From Candidatus Micrarchaeia archaeon (GTDB lineage Archaea > Micrarchaeota > Micrarchaeia > Micrarchaeales > Micrarchaeaceae): DNA of 64,000 bases. The stretch covers positions 1 to 64,000 of the forward strand of contig JBMFWY010000001.1 of the NCBI GenBank assembly GCA_049964795.1, in the 5' to 3' direction. The first letter of the stretch is position 1; each line of letters begins with the position of its first letter. Positions 28,489-37,162 of this stretch are shown piece by piece. Both the position numbers and the translations under genes were made by a program. Under the pieces are notes generated by a model. It had not been told where the DNA came from and did no database searches. It saw only the letters and a program-made list of their open reading frames with translations.

Positions 28489-28785
28489 ATGTCAAACTTG
28501 AATAAGATAAGGGTTTTACAGCCTAAGATAGCGGAAGGCACTTCTATCACTTTCACAGAGCACGCGCAGCTAAGGTGCATAGAAAGAGGGGTAAGCATTG
28601 ATGAGGTCAACAAGGTATTGAGAATGCCAGAAAAAACGTTCATAGACAATTCAGGGGCATTTGAAAGCGTAGCGCATGTAGGAGCTAGAAGGGTAGGGGT
28701 AATTTTTAAGGGCAAAGAAAACAAAATAGTGATCATAACGGTCATTGCACAGCATCCTAATTTGCTAAGGGGGAATGAGAAATAG
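28489..28785 (+). CDS. DUF4258 family protein (RelE/BrnT-like toxin fold)
   Basis: FTEHA.LR..ERG.S..EV..VL..P ... IVIITV. Confidence 0.8.
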   Translation: MSNLNKIRVLQPKIAEGTSITFTEHAQLRCIERGVSIDEVNKVLRMPEKTFIDNSGAFESVAHVGARRVGVIFKGKENKIVIITVIAQHPNLLRGNEK

Positions 28786-28926
28786 CGTGTGCCAACAAGC
28801 CCGTGTTTTGCGGCGCCTTGAATTTAAACTTCAAAATAGGCATGAAGCAAGTATTATAAAGGTTTTTGTGCTAATAACCACTGCTGATTTTCCCGCAATT
28901 ACTGCAAATTGCAGGAGGGATTTGCT

Positions 28927-29559
28927 ATGGAAAAAGAGATGTTTGACAAGCTTGAAAAGCTTTTGCAAGAAGGCAAAGGAAAGCGCAAGTTCGTACAGAG
29001 CGTGGAGCTTGCGATAAATTTCAAAGGAGTAGATTTTTCAAAGCAGGAAAACAGGCTTAATACCGAAGTAATACTTCCAAACGGCAAAGGCAGTGAAAGC
29101 AAAGTAATAGTATTTGCGGACGACCAAAATCTGATAGGCACGGTAGGCAGATTGGGAGGCAAGGTAATAAGGGAAGCAGAGATCCCCAAAGTTTCAAACG
29201 ACAAGGCAGCGCTGCGAGAGATGCTTGAAAGCGAGCTACTTGCCCAGCCTAGCCTTATGCCAATCATAGCAAAGAATTTAGGTCAGTTCCTTGGACCGAG
29301 AAATAAGATGCCTAAGCCCATAATAGGAGGGGACGTCGAGAGAATTATTAAAAATGCGATAGGCTCGATATATTTGAGAAGCAAGGGAAAGTACCTTCCG
29401 ACTGTGCACTGCATAGTAGGCAAGGAAACCATGGAGCTGCAGAAGCTTGCGGAAAACATTGATGCTGTATTAAACGCGCTGGCAAAAAAGCCGGGCAAAC
29501 AATATGTAAAGTCGATATATGCAAAGCTTACCATGAGCGAGCCAGTAAGGCTAGCCTGA
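28927..29559 (+). CDS. rpl1: 50S ribosomal protein uL1
   Basis: RKF.QSVEL.INFK.VD, LG..LGPRNKMPKP, KLTMS.PV. Confidence 0.95.
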   Translation: MEKEMFDKLEKLLQEGKGKRKFVQSVELAINFKGVDFSKQENRLNTEVILPNGKGSESKVIVFADDQNLIGTVGRLGGKVIREAEIPKVSNDKAALREMLESELLAQPSLMPIIAKNLGQFLGPRNKMPKPIIGGDVERIIKNAIGSIYLRSKGKYLPTVHCIVGKETMELQKLAENIDAVLNALAKKPGKQYVKSIYAKLTMSEPVRLA

Positions 29560-29571
29560 AGGTGAAATGCA

Positions 29572-30405
29572 ATGCTTACAAGGCAACAGAAAATAGAGTT
29601 TGTAAACAAGGCTTCCGAAGAGCTTAAGAATTATAAGACCGTTGGAGTAGTTTCGCTCAACGCAGTTCCAGACAGGCTGCTCCAGAGAGTAAGAAATACG
29701 CTGAAAGGGGAAGGCAGGTTTATACTTGGAAGGAAAACTGCGCTTCAAAGAATTCTTGAAAGCAATGAGCATACGAAAAGGCTTGCAAAAGAGCTCACAG
29801 GAACAAGCGCGATAGTGCTCACGAATAAAGATCCTTTTGAACTTTATGAAATGTTCAAAAGCAATGCCATAAAGCTTGCGGCAAAGCCGAAGCAGGTGGC
29901 AAATGAAGACATAAAAATAAATGAAGGAGAAACGTCGCTGCAGCCAGGTCAGGCAGTGACAGAGCTTAAGAAAGCAGGCATAGACGTGCAGATGCAAAAG
30001 GGCAAGGTAGTAATAGCAAAAAGCAAGGTGCTGGTAAGCAAGGGAAGCGCAATAAGCACCGCAGTGGCCAATGCATTGCATATTCTTGGCATAACCCCTT
30101 TCACTGCCATGCTTGAGCCCAGGGTTATAGAAAGCCAGGGGGTAATATACACTAATGAAGTTTTCAAGATAACAAGAGAGGGCGTGCTTTCGGATATAAT
30201 AGCAACATTTTCAAAGGCGAGGGCGGTTGCGCTGCAGCTTAACATAGCTACGCCGTATACAATAGCCGAGATGATAGCAAAAGCTTACAGAAATGCGGTT
30301 GCGCTTGGATTGGAAGCGAAGGCTTATGATACAGGCATAGTGGAAAAGTTGATATCAAAAGCAGTTGGAGAAGCTGCATCTCTTGGCGCTTCACAAGCGC
30401 AGTAG
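29572..30405 (+). CDS. rpl10: 50S ribosomal protein uL10 (P0)
   Basis: Position in L1-L10-L12 cluster; K...V......Y, G.T.L.PG insertion domain, L..LGI.P. Confidence 0.93.
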   Translation: MLTRQQKIEFVNKASEELKNYKTVGVVSLNAVPDRLLQRVRNTLKGEGRFILGRKTALQRILESNEHTKRLAKELTGTSAIVLTNKDPFELYEMFKSNAIKLAAKPKQVANEDIKINEGETSLQPGQAVTELKKAGIDVQMQKGKVVIAKSKVLVSKGSAISTAVANALHILGITPFTAMLEPRVIESQGVIYTNEVFKITREGVLSDIIATFSKARAVALQLNIATPYTIAEMIAKAYRNAVALGLEAKAYDTGIVEKLISKAVGEAASLGASQAQ

Positions 30406-30445
30406 TTGCATGTTATGCGTGAAAAATGCTAAAAGGTGAAATGGA

Positions 30446-30760
30446 ATGGAATATGTGTACGCTGCTTTGCTGCTGAGCGAAGCAGGCAAGGAGATAAATG
30501 AGAAAAGCCTTATGGAGGTAGTGAAAGCGGCGGGATTTGAACCTGACGAAGCCAGGGCAAAAGCGATCGTTGCATCGCTCAAAGGGGTAGACATAAAGGA
30601 TGTGATAAAGAATGCCCAGGCGCAGGCGGTAGCCGCACCGGTTGCTGCTGCAGCGCCTCAGAAGGCCGACGAAAAGGCACAGCAAAAGCCGAAGGAAGAG
30701 AAGAAGGATGAAAAGAAAGAGGAAGAGGCAGCTGAAGGGCTTGCAAGCCTATTCGGTTGA
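30446..30760 (+). CDS. rpl12: 50S ribosomal stalk protein P1/L12
   Basis: [11 protein letters not shown]-terminus, Ala-rich hinge, [13 protein letters not shown] end. Confidence 0.97.
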   Translation: MEYVYAALLLSEAGKEINEKSLMEVVKAAGFEPDEARAKAIVASLKGVDIKDVIKNAQAQAVAAPVAAAAPQKADEKAQQKPKEEKKDEKKEEEAAEGLASLFG

Positions 30761-30795
30761 AGCTTTCTTTTGATTTTGCCTAAAAGCGCTTCCGT

Positions 30796-31458
30796 ATGGC
30801 TATTGATGCAGCCTCCAGAAAGGTAGTAATGCCCGGGGATGTACTGGGCATGGAAGAGGAATACTTAGCGGAGCGCAACGCCTATTCCGAAAACGGCAAT
30901 GTTTACGCTGCCGTCTTTGGCGAGGCGGAATTTGAAAGCGGCAAGGCAAAAGTTAAGAGCTTCGGAAGGGAGATAAAGAAGATTGAAAGAGGCATGCCGG
31001 TGCTTGGCGTAGTGGTAAGCGATATAGGTAGGGTCCTTTTCGTAAAGATAGACGAGATGCAGATGGACAAAACTCTCTACGTGCCATCAAACGATGGCAA
31101 AATAGTAAAAGAAGAAGGCAGGCAAAGACACGGCTTCGGCGGCAGGGGCAGAATGCATGCAAGGCATGACGAAGCGCTTTGCAAAGAAGGCGATGTCATA
31201 CTAGCAAGGGTAGCGAGGATGGAAAATGACATGTACGAGCTTGATATGCGCGAGCCAGAAACTGGAATAATATATGCAAGGTGCACGAACTGCGGCGCTG
31301 ATTTGAAGTACAAGGAGGATATGCGTGCGCTTTTCTGCGATACGTGCAAGCGGGCAGAGCATGGCAAGATAAGCACGTTATATGGAAAACCAGACATGAT
31401 AAAAAGCTTCCTTGAGAAGCAATTACTAGGAAGGGAGCAGAAAATAGAAGAAAGATGA
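30796..31458 (+). CDS. csl4: Exosome RNA-binding protein Csl4
   Basis: VMPGD.L..EEEY, GDVI.A.V, G.I.A.C..CG...C..C...E..K; sits before rpoL. Confidence 0.88.
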   Translation: MAIDAASRKVVMPGDVLGMEEEYLAERNAYSENGNVYAAVFGEAEFESGKAKVKSFGREIKKIERGMPVLGVVVSDIGRVLFVKIDEMQMDKTLYVPSNDGKIVKEEGRQRHGFGGRGRMHARHDEALCKEGDVILARVARMENDMYELDMREPETGIIYARCTNCGADLKYKEDMRALFCDTCKRAEHGKISTLYGKPDMIKSFLEKQLLGREQKIEER

Positions 31459-31462
31459 TACC

Positions 31463-31735
31463 ATGAAGCTTAATATAAAAAAAGATGAGAGCAAGGAACT
31501 CGAGATAGAGTTTGATACAGGCGATCTCACTCTTCCAGACCTTTTGGCCGCAGAGCTGGGTAAAAATGGCGATGTCGTTTTCGCAGGAGTCTACAAGGAT
31601 CACCCAGAAATAGGCAAGCCACTGCTCGTATTGAAAACAGATAAGAAAAAGGCCAAAGACGTACTTGCTAAAACGCTTGATGGAATGGAGGAGCAGTTTG
31701 AAAAGATTAAGGACATGCTGCAGAAGAGCAAATGA
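31463..31735 (+). CDS. rpoL: DNA-directed RNA polymerase subunit L (Rpo11)
   Basis: TL..LL..EL.....V.FA.....HP....P.L...T. Confidence 0.88.
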   Translation: MKLNIKKDESKELEIEFDTGDLTLPDLLAAELGKNGDVVFAGVYKDHPEIGKPLLVLKTDKKKAKDVLAKTLDGMEEQFEKIKDMLQKSK

Positions 31736-32334
31736 CCGCGATCGATAATTTTTCAAATTCCAGCACTGATTCTTACAGTATTAAAAAAGGTGTGAGGATA
31801 CTCGCCATTGCTTCCGGCCCCGTAGAAGGAAAAAGGAGCACCATTGCAATCGGGGTAATCCAGAATGGAAATAACATAGAGGGGATCCTTTCCACGAGAA
31901 TTGCGGTGGATGGAGATGATGCTTCAGCGAAAATTGCAAAGATGGTCTTAAAATCAAAATTTGCGAGGCAGATAAGGATTGTTGCTTTTGACGGAGCGGC
32001 CATTGCAGGGCTGAATATTATTGACACCGAGTGCCTAAGAAAGAAACTAGGCGTGCACGTACTTTTCGCTACAAGGCACAAGCCAAGAAAGGAGGCGCTG
32101 AAAAATGCGATAAAGGCTTTTGGCAAGGCAGAAGGCAAGAGTACAAAACGCAAGCTTGAAGCTTATGAAAAACTCCGGTTTCTTAATGATTTCCAACTCG
32201 CAGGGTTCCGTGTGCTGTCCAGCATGAACGAGAGCTCTGCAAGATTGGTAGCTGAAAGCACAATTGGCGCATTGAGGCTTGCACACATGATTGCAAGAGG
32301 CATATCCACAGGAGAATCAAAAGGCAGGATATAA
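31732..32334 (+). CDS. DUF99/UPF0215 family protein (endonuclease V-like fold)
   Basis: IK.G.RIL, VDGDDA, DG..IAG.NIID, LRLAHMIA.G.S.GES.GR; conserved position after rpoL. Confidence 0.85.
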   Translation: MTAIDNFSNSSTDSYSIKKGVRILAIASGPVEGKRSTIAIGVIQNGNNIEGILSTRIAVDGDDASAKIAKMVLKSKFARQIRIVAFDGAAIAGLNIIDTECLRKKLGVHVLFATRHKPRKEALKNAIKAFGKAEGKSTKRKLEAYEKLRFLNDFQLAGFRVLSSMNESSARLVAESTIGALRLAHMIARGISTGESKGRI

Positions 32335-32402
32335 TGAATTAGGAAAGGCGTATATTTGTTGCCTCGCAAATTGTAATGAAAGGGATTAAAAATGGTGGTA
32401 AA

Positions 32403-32651
32403 ATGTATGAAGAAAACAAGGATTTGGATGCAAAGACCAAGGACCTTAGCAGGGCGCGGCAATCCCTCATTGAAGAGCTGCAGGCAATGATGTGGTACGA
32501 TGAAAGGATAAGCGCGACAAAAGACAAGAGTTTGGCAAAGGTGCTCGCTTACAATCGTGACGACGAGAAAGAACATGCTTCCCTGCTGCTCGCATGGCTT
32601 ATAAAACATGACAATGCGCTTAAGGAAGAGATGAAAAAAGCAGGAGTATAA
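32403..32651 (+). CDS. Small ferritin-like protein (encapsulated-ferritin EncFtn-like)
   Basis: RA.QSL.EEL.A..WY..R.......L..VL.YNRDDEKEHA..LL.WL. Confidence 0.85.
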   Translation: MYEENKDLDAKTKDLSRARQSLIEELQAMMWYDERISATKDKSLAKVLAYNRDDEKEHASLLLAWLIKHDNALKEEMKKAGV

Positions 32652-32778
32652 TCCTTTGATTTACTTTGCTAAATTTTTTTATGTGAATGCCATAAATACC
32701 TTTTTCTTCCAATATAGTTTATATTTAATCTAGTTTTAAATAAAACTATCGCGTTAAATTTAGGTTGGGGTAAGGCAG

Positions 32779-33156
32779 ATGAAAAGAAGCGGTTCAGAGG
32801 CGATAAAAAAGAGGCATTGGCTCGGATATATGAGCAGGGATATGCAGCGCACCATGATAAAGATAATAATAATGGTAAAGCTGAAGGAAAAAGGGGAAAT
32901 GTACGCTTATGAGATACTTAAGGACATGGAGAAGATTAAGCATCCCTTCATAAAGGGCAACCCTCAGATCAAAAATGAGGTATATAACACTTTAAAGTCC
33001 TTGACGGAGGCGGGGTACATAAAGGAGAAGGTCAAGATGAAGGAAAGGCGTGTCAAGGTATACTATGAGCTTACTGATGAAGGCGCAAGCGTCCTGAAGT
33101 CGACGAGAGCTTTGATTAGGGATACTGCAAGGAGCATGTCGAGGATACTTAGCTGA
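32779..33156 (+). CDS. PadR family transcriptional regulator
   Basis: YAYEI.K, VY..L..L...GYI, YYELTDEG. Confidence 0.88.
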   Translation: MKRSGSEAIKKRHWLGYMSRDMQRTMIKIIIMVKLKEKGEMYAYEILKDMEKIKHPFIKGNPQIKNEVYNTLKSLTEAGYIKEKVKMKERRVKVYYELTDEGASVLKSTRALIRDTARSMSRILS

Positions 33157-34157
33157 TGGTTATGGAGGACATTGTAGAGATAAAGGGCTTGGTTAAAAAA
33201 TTTGGCGAGAAGGCGGCGGTAAACGGCATAGACTTTAAGATAAAAGAAAAGGAAATTTTTGGCATTCTTGGACCAAATGGTGCAGGCAAGACAACTACAA
33301 TCAACCTTATCCTTGGCATACTTAAACCAACTGCAGGCACGATAAAGGTTGCTGGACTTGAAGTCTCAAGGCACGAAGAAGAGATAAAAAGCATGATAGG
33401 CTTCATGACTCAAGAGACGCTTGTGGAAGCGGACCTCACCGCCCAACAGAATTTGGAGCTCTTTTGCGAATTATACCATGTCGATAAGGAAGAGGTAAAA
33501 GGCAGGGTAGATTCGGCGTTGAAGGATGCAGGATTGGAGAACGTAGCGAACCAGAAAGCGGGCACCTTTTCAGGAGGAATGCAAAGAAGGCTTGCATTGG
33601 TAAGGTCCATGATGCACAACCCAAAGATATTGATACTTGACGAGCCGACAACAGGGCTAGACGTGCAGAACAGGGTAGAGATGTGGAGAAGAATAAGGAA
33701 ACTTCAGGAAAAAGGGGTTACAATTATACTTACGACGCAGTATCTTGAGGAGGCGGATGATCTTTGCGACAGGATCGCAATAATAGACCATGGGGAAATA
33801 AAGGCACAGGGCACTCCAGCGGAATTGAAATCGGCTATAGGAAAAGGGAATATAATCGAGATATTATCAAATTCGAAAGATGCCCCGAAAATAGCAGAGA
33901 TGCTCAGGTCAAAGTTTAAGATGCAGGCAAGTGTGGTTGGCGATAAGGTAAGCGCACCCTTGCTTGAAAAAGGAGTCAAAAGATTCAATGAGATAGTAGC
34001 AGAAATATCAAAAGAGGATTATGCCGTATTCTCAATTGGCATGCACCTCCCTACTTTGGATGATGTTTTCATAAAATTGACCGGATCAAGCCTCAGGGAT
34101 AGCGTAGGGGAAAATACCTCTAGCGATGCCAGAGCGCGCATGATGACAAGAAGGTAA
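33156..34157 (+). CDS. ABC-2 exporter ATP-binding protein (DrrA-like)
   Basis: GPNGAGKTT, FSGGMQRR, LDEPTTGLD, TTQYLEEAD, PTLDDVF..LTG. Confidence 0.93.
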   Translation: MVMEDIVEIKGLVKKFGEKAAVNGIDFKIKEKEIFGILGPNGAGKTTTINLILGILKPTAGTIKVAGLEVSRHEEEIKSMIGFMTQETLVEADLTAQQNLELFCELYHVDKEEVKGRVDSALKDAGLENVANQKAGTFSGGMQRRLALVRSMMHNPKILILDEPTTGLDVQNRVEMWRRIRKLQEKGVTIILTTQYLEEADDLCDRIAIIDHGEIKAQGTPAELKSAIGKGNIIEILSNSKDAPKIAEMLRSKFKMQASVVGDKVSAPLLEKGVKRFNEIVAEISKEDYAVFSIGMHLPTLDDVFIKLTGSSLRDSVGENTSSDARARMMTRR

Positions 34158-34161
34158 TCGC

Positions 34162-35352
34162 ATGAGTACAATAAAGGATTCATTCATAATACTTAAAAGG
34201 GAACTGCTGATATTCAGAAGCAATATCGTGCAGAACGTGGTAAGAGCAATCATGTTTCCGCTGCTCCTTCTCCTCATATTCAGTGGCATGGGAAGCGGCG
34301 TTTCCAATGTGCCGGTAGCAATAGTCAACTATGCAAACAATATGCAGTCAATCCAATTTATAAATAAACTTGAATCCGGAAATTCCCTATCTATAGTAGG
34401 AGTCACCACCCAAACTAATGCGATGCAGATGTTCAGGGCGGGAGAAGTAGACTTGGTAATAGTTATACTTCCGCAGTTTCCAAACATGAACTCAAAGAGC
34501 CCTAGCGTGGATATCTATTACACGAACAGCCAGCTGACAAGCCTTAGTGTTATTCCTTTTATACAAAGCATGGCAGAAAGCTTTGGAGCGCAAGCGGCAA
34601 GCGCAAAATATGAAAAGGCAGCAATGCAAAATGACCCCACTAGACCAAGTTCTGGCTCTTCAGGCAGCATATTGGGAGCACCAGGCAGCGAATCGGCTTC
34701 TTCGGGTAGCGTAAGCGTGATTCCCGCATTTGCTGCAGAAGGAAGTTATACAACTTTCCTTGTAGCTGGAATAATAATAATGGTGGCGGCTTTCGGCGCA
34801 ATGTTTTCAGGAGGAATGTCGATAATAACTGACAGGATAGCAGGGAACTTAAAGCTTTTTCTTATCGCCCCGATAAATAGGCTTTCGATAGTTTTTGGCA
34901 AGATTTTGTCTGGAGCGACACAGGTAATGTTTACAGTGATACTTACTATAATAATAGGGATAGCTTTTGGAGCCCAGATAGCAATGGGCTGGTATGGTTT
35001 GCTTTGGATTTTCCTGCTTGCGTTCATAGCTGCGATAGGCATGGGAGGGCTTGCAACAGCGCTTGCGGCGCGCATAAAGAGGTTTGAAATATACGCTATC
35101 GCCACCCAATCCATAACACTGCCGCTTTGGTTCGTTGCTGGGGCTTTTTTCCCAACAAGCGAGTTGCCCTCATGGCTTTATCCGCTCAGCATAGTAGATC
35201 CTTTCACTTATGCAATACAAGGCATGAGATATGTAATGATGAATGGATTCTACCCTGTAAATGCAATGATGCTTGATCTTGGAGTCACGCTTGCGTTTGC
35301 AATTGCAATGGTGCTCCTCTCTGTCAAAATGTTTAAGCAAACTATAGAGTGA
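34162..35352 (+). CDS. ABC-2 exporter permease
   Basis: Six TM segments, DR..G.L...L.AP....I.FGK, GAFFP...LP.WL. Confidence 0.9.
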   Translation: MSTIKDSFIILKRELLIFRSNIVQNVVRAIMFPLLLLLIFSGMGSGVSNVPVAIVNYANNMQSIQFINKLESGNSLSIVGVTTQTNAMQMFRAGEVDLVIVILPQFPNMNSKSPSVDIYYTNSQLTSLSVIPFIQSMAESFGAQAASAKYEKAAMQNDPTRPSSGSSGSILGAPGSESASSGSVSVIPAFAAEGSYTTFLVAGIIIMVAAFGAMFSGGMSIITDRIAGNLKLFLIAPINRLSIVFGKILSGATQVMFTVILTIIIGIAFGAQIAMGWYGLLWIFLLAFIAAIGMGGLATALAARIKRFEIYAIATQSITLPLWFVAGAFFPTSELPSWLYPLSIVDPFTYAIQGMRYVMMNGFYPVNAMMLDLGVTLAFAIAMVLLSVKMFKQTIE

Positions 35353-35406
35353 AGTGGTAAAATGCAAATAGCATATTCTATTAAAGAATTTAGGAATGGT
35401 GTGAAG

Positions 35407-37071
35407 ATGAAAGAAAAATCGGTGAAAAGAAAGATTGCAAAAGCTGCAATCCATGGAGGTTTTGCGGCGCTTGTTGCGGTGATGTTCATATCAATGCTTG
35501 CTATACTGGCGGGTGCGCAGGCTGCCCCTCAGGCAAATGGCGCCGTTTCGATAGCAAACCTTAAGATATCTCCGCAGCCTGTAATTGCGGGGGAAAATAT
35601 AACAGTTGAATTCCAGCTTTTCAACTCCTTTTCAAACGAGCTTCAAAACGTCAATATATATTTGGAGAGCCAAAGTCCTTTGATAAACGTATCACCAACC
35701 CAAACATTTTTGATAAGCGCAATGGGAACAGGGCTTTATGGTGGAAGCGGCTATGATATATTCAGCTACCAGTTCCACGTGCCTGCTTCGCTTCCCGCAG
35801 GCGAATATGTAATCAATGTGGTGGCAACATATGAGGCACAGGCAGGGGTGCAATACCCTACTCTTCCTGCCGAATCGGTAATGCCCATATACATTTACGT
35901 TTATGGGGTTCCGAACGTGCAGCTTAGCGCAAATACGCAGACGCAGATAACCCCAGGGGTGCCTTTTTCGCTTTCTCTTGATGCACTGAATTCAGGAACA
36001 GACAAGGCAAGCAATGTCTCTGTTGCGATGCTTGAAAACGCAAACTTTACGCCTGAAGGAGCATATTCATTCTCATTGGGCTCGATCGGGCAGGGTATGC
36101 AGCAGGAAGCCGTAATGCAGCTTGTCCCTTCAGAGCACATTGCCAAAGGAACACACGTAATAGGATTTTTGGTCAATTACACCTCTCAGACAGGCCAAAA
36201 ATTCAGCAGAATAGAGGAAGTCCCAATAAACATTGAGATAAGCAAACCAAGTTTCATTGTCAGCGTTGTAGGGGCTAATCCGCAGCAGCTATATGCAGGC
36301 CAGAACCAAACTCTTGAAGTGGAAATAGACAATACAGGAAATGGTGAGGCGAGAAATGTGAGCGTGCAGTTCATGAGCAGCAACGGGATAGATGTTGGTA
36401 GCTCTGCCAACTATTTCAATTTAGGCAATATGATGCCAGGGCAGGGCATGCAGGAGGAGCTCTTTGTCAGTGCAAGCAGGTATGCAAATTCAACGCAATA
36501 CTATATGCCCGTATTGATAAAGTACAAGAATGCAAATCTAGCGGAAAATTATTCCCAGCTTGAATATATTCCGATAAACATGGAGCCAAGCGCGATATTC
36601 AATGTTACTGCCGAGTACGGAAGTTTAAGCCCTGGTGACACTGATGTTCCAGTTACTTTCACGATAAGAAATACGGGCAATGAAGTTGCACAGGGGGCGC
36701 TGCTTAGCATGCAAGCGATTTATCCCATAAGCACAGTAATACCCAATGCGTATATAAGCAGCATAGCTCCTGGGCAGAGTAAAAATGTGACATTCTATGT
36801 AAGTGTGGATGTCAAAGGGGATGCAGGCTCGTATCCGGTGACATTGTACGAGCAGTGGCAGCAGCCTAATGGGGCAGCGCAGGAGCAATATTCTTACTCC
36901 AATAACTACTATGTCAACGTGAGCAAGAGCGGAGGCAGCGGGAAAGCATATGAAACGTATGCTGCAGCAATAATCGTCATTCTTATAGCGGCATACGCAT
37001 TTGCTAAAAGAAGAAAGAAGGCCCCGCAGAAGAAGCAGGAAGCGCAGCAGAAAAAAAGCGCAAGGCAGTAA
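35407..37071 (+). CDS. COG1361 S-layer-like / CARDB Ig-repeat surface protein with C-terminal anchor
   Basis: Signal peptide, repeated N.G...A.NV...PG modules, C-terminal TM plus basic tail. Confidence 0.8.
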   Translation: MKEKSVKRKIAKAAIHGGFAALVAVMFISMLAILAGAQAAPQANGAVSIANLKISPQPVIAGENITVEFQLFNSFSNELQNVNIYLESQSPLINVSPTQTFLISAMGTGLYGGSGYDIFSYQFHVPASLPAGEYVINVVATYEAQAGVQYPTLPAESVMPIYIYVYGVPNVQLSANTQTQITPGVPFSLSLDALNSGTDKASNVSVAMLENANFTPEGAYSFSLGSIGQGMQQEAVMQLVPSEHIAKGTHVIGFLVNYTSQTGQKFSRIEEVPINIEISKPSFIVSVVGANPQQLYAGQNQTLEVEIDNTGNGEARNVSVQFMSSNGIDVGSSANYFNLGNMMPGQGMQEELFVSASRYANSTQYYMPVLIKYKNANLAENYSQLEYIPINMEPSAIFNVTAEYGSLSPGDTDVPVTFTIRNTGNEVAQGALLSMQAIYPISTVIPNAYISSIAPGQSKNVTFYVSVDVKGDAGSYPVTLYEQWQQPNGAAQEQYSYSNNYYVNVSKSGGSGKAYETYAAAIIVILIAAYAFAKRRKKAPQKKQEAQQKKSARQ

Positions 37072-37162
37072 TAGGCTTGAAATAAGAGGAGCGGCAGGCT
37101 AATCTTGTTGCCTGCAGGCCGGCTTGCTGCTGATGAAGCCTTGCTTGTCCTTTTGCCTATTC

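Noticed and set aside
23521-28785. Possible integrated element at tRNA-Thr (surface protein, DUF763, toxin-like genes)
   Set aside because: No integrase and no duplicated tRNA 3' end seen, and these genes lie on the 5' side of the tRNA
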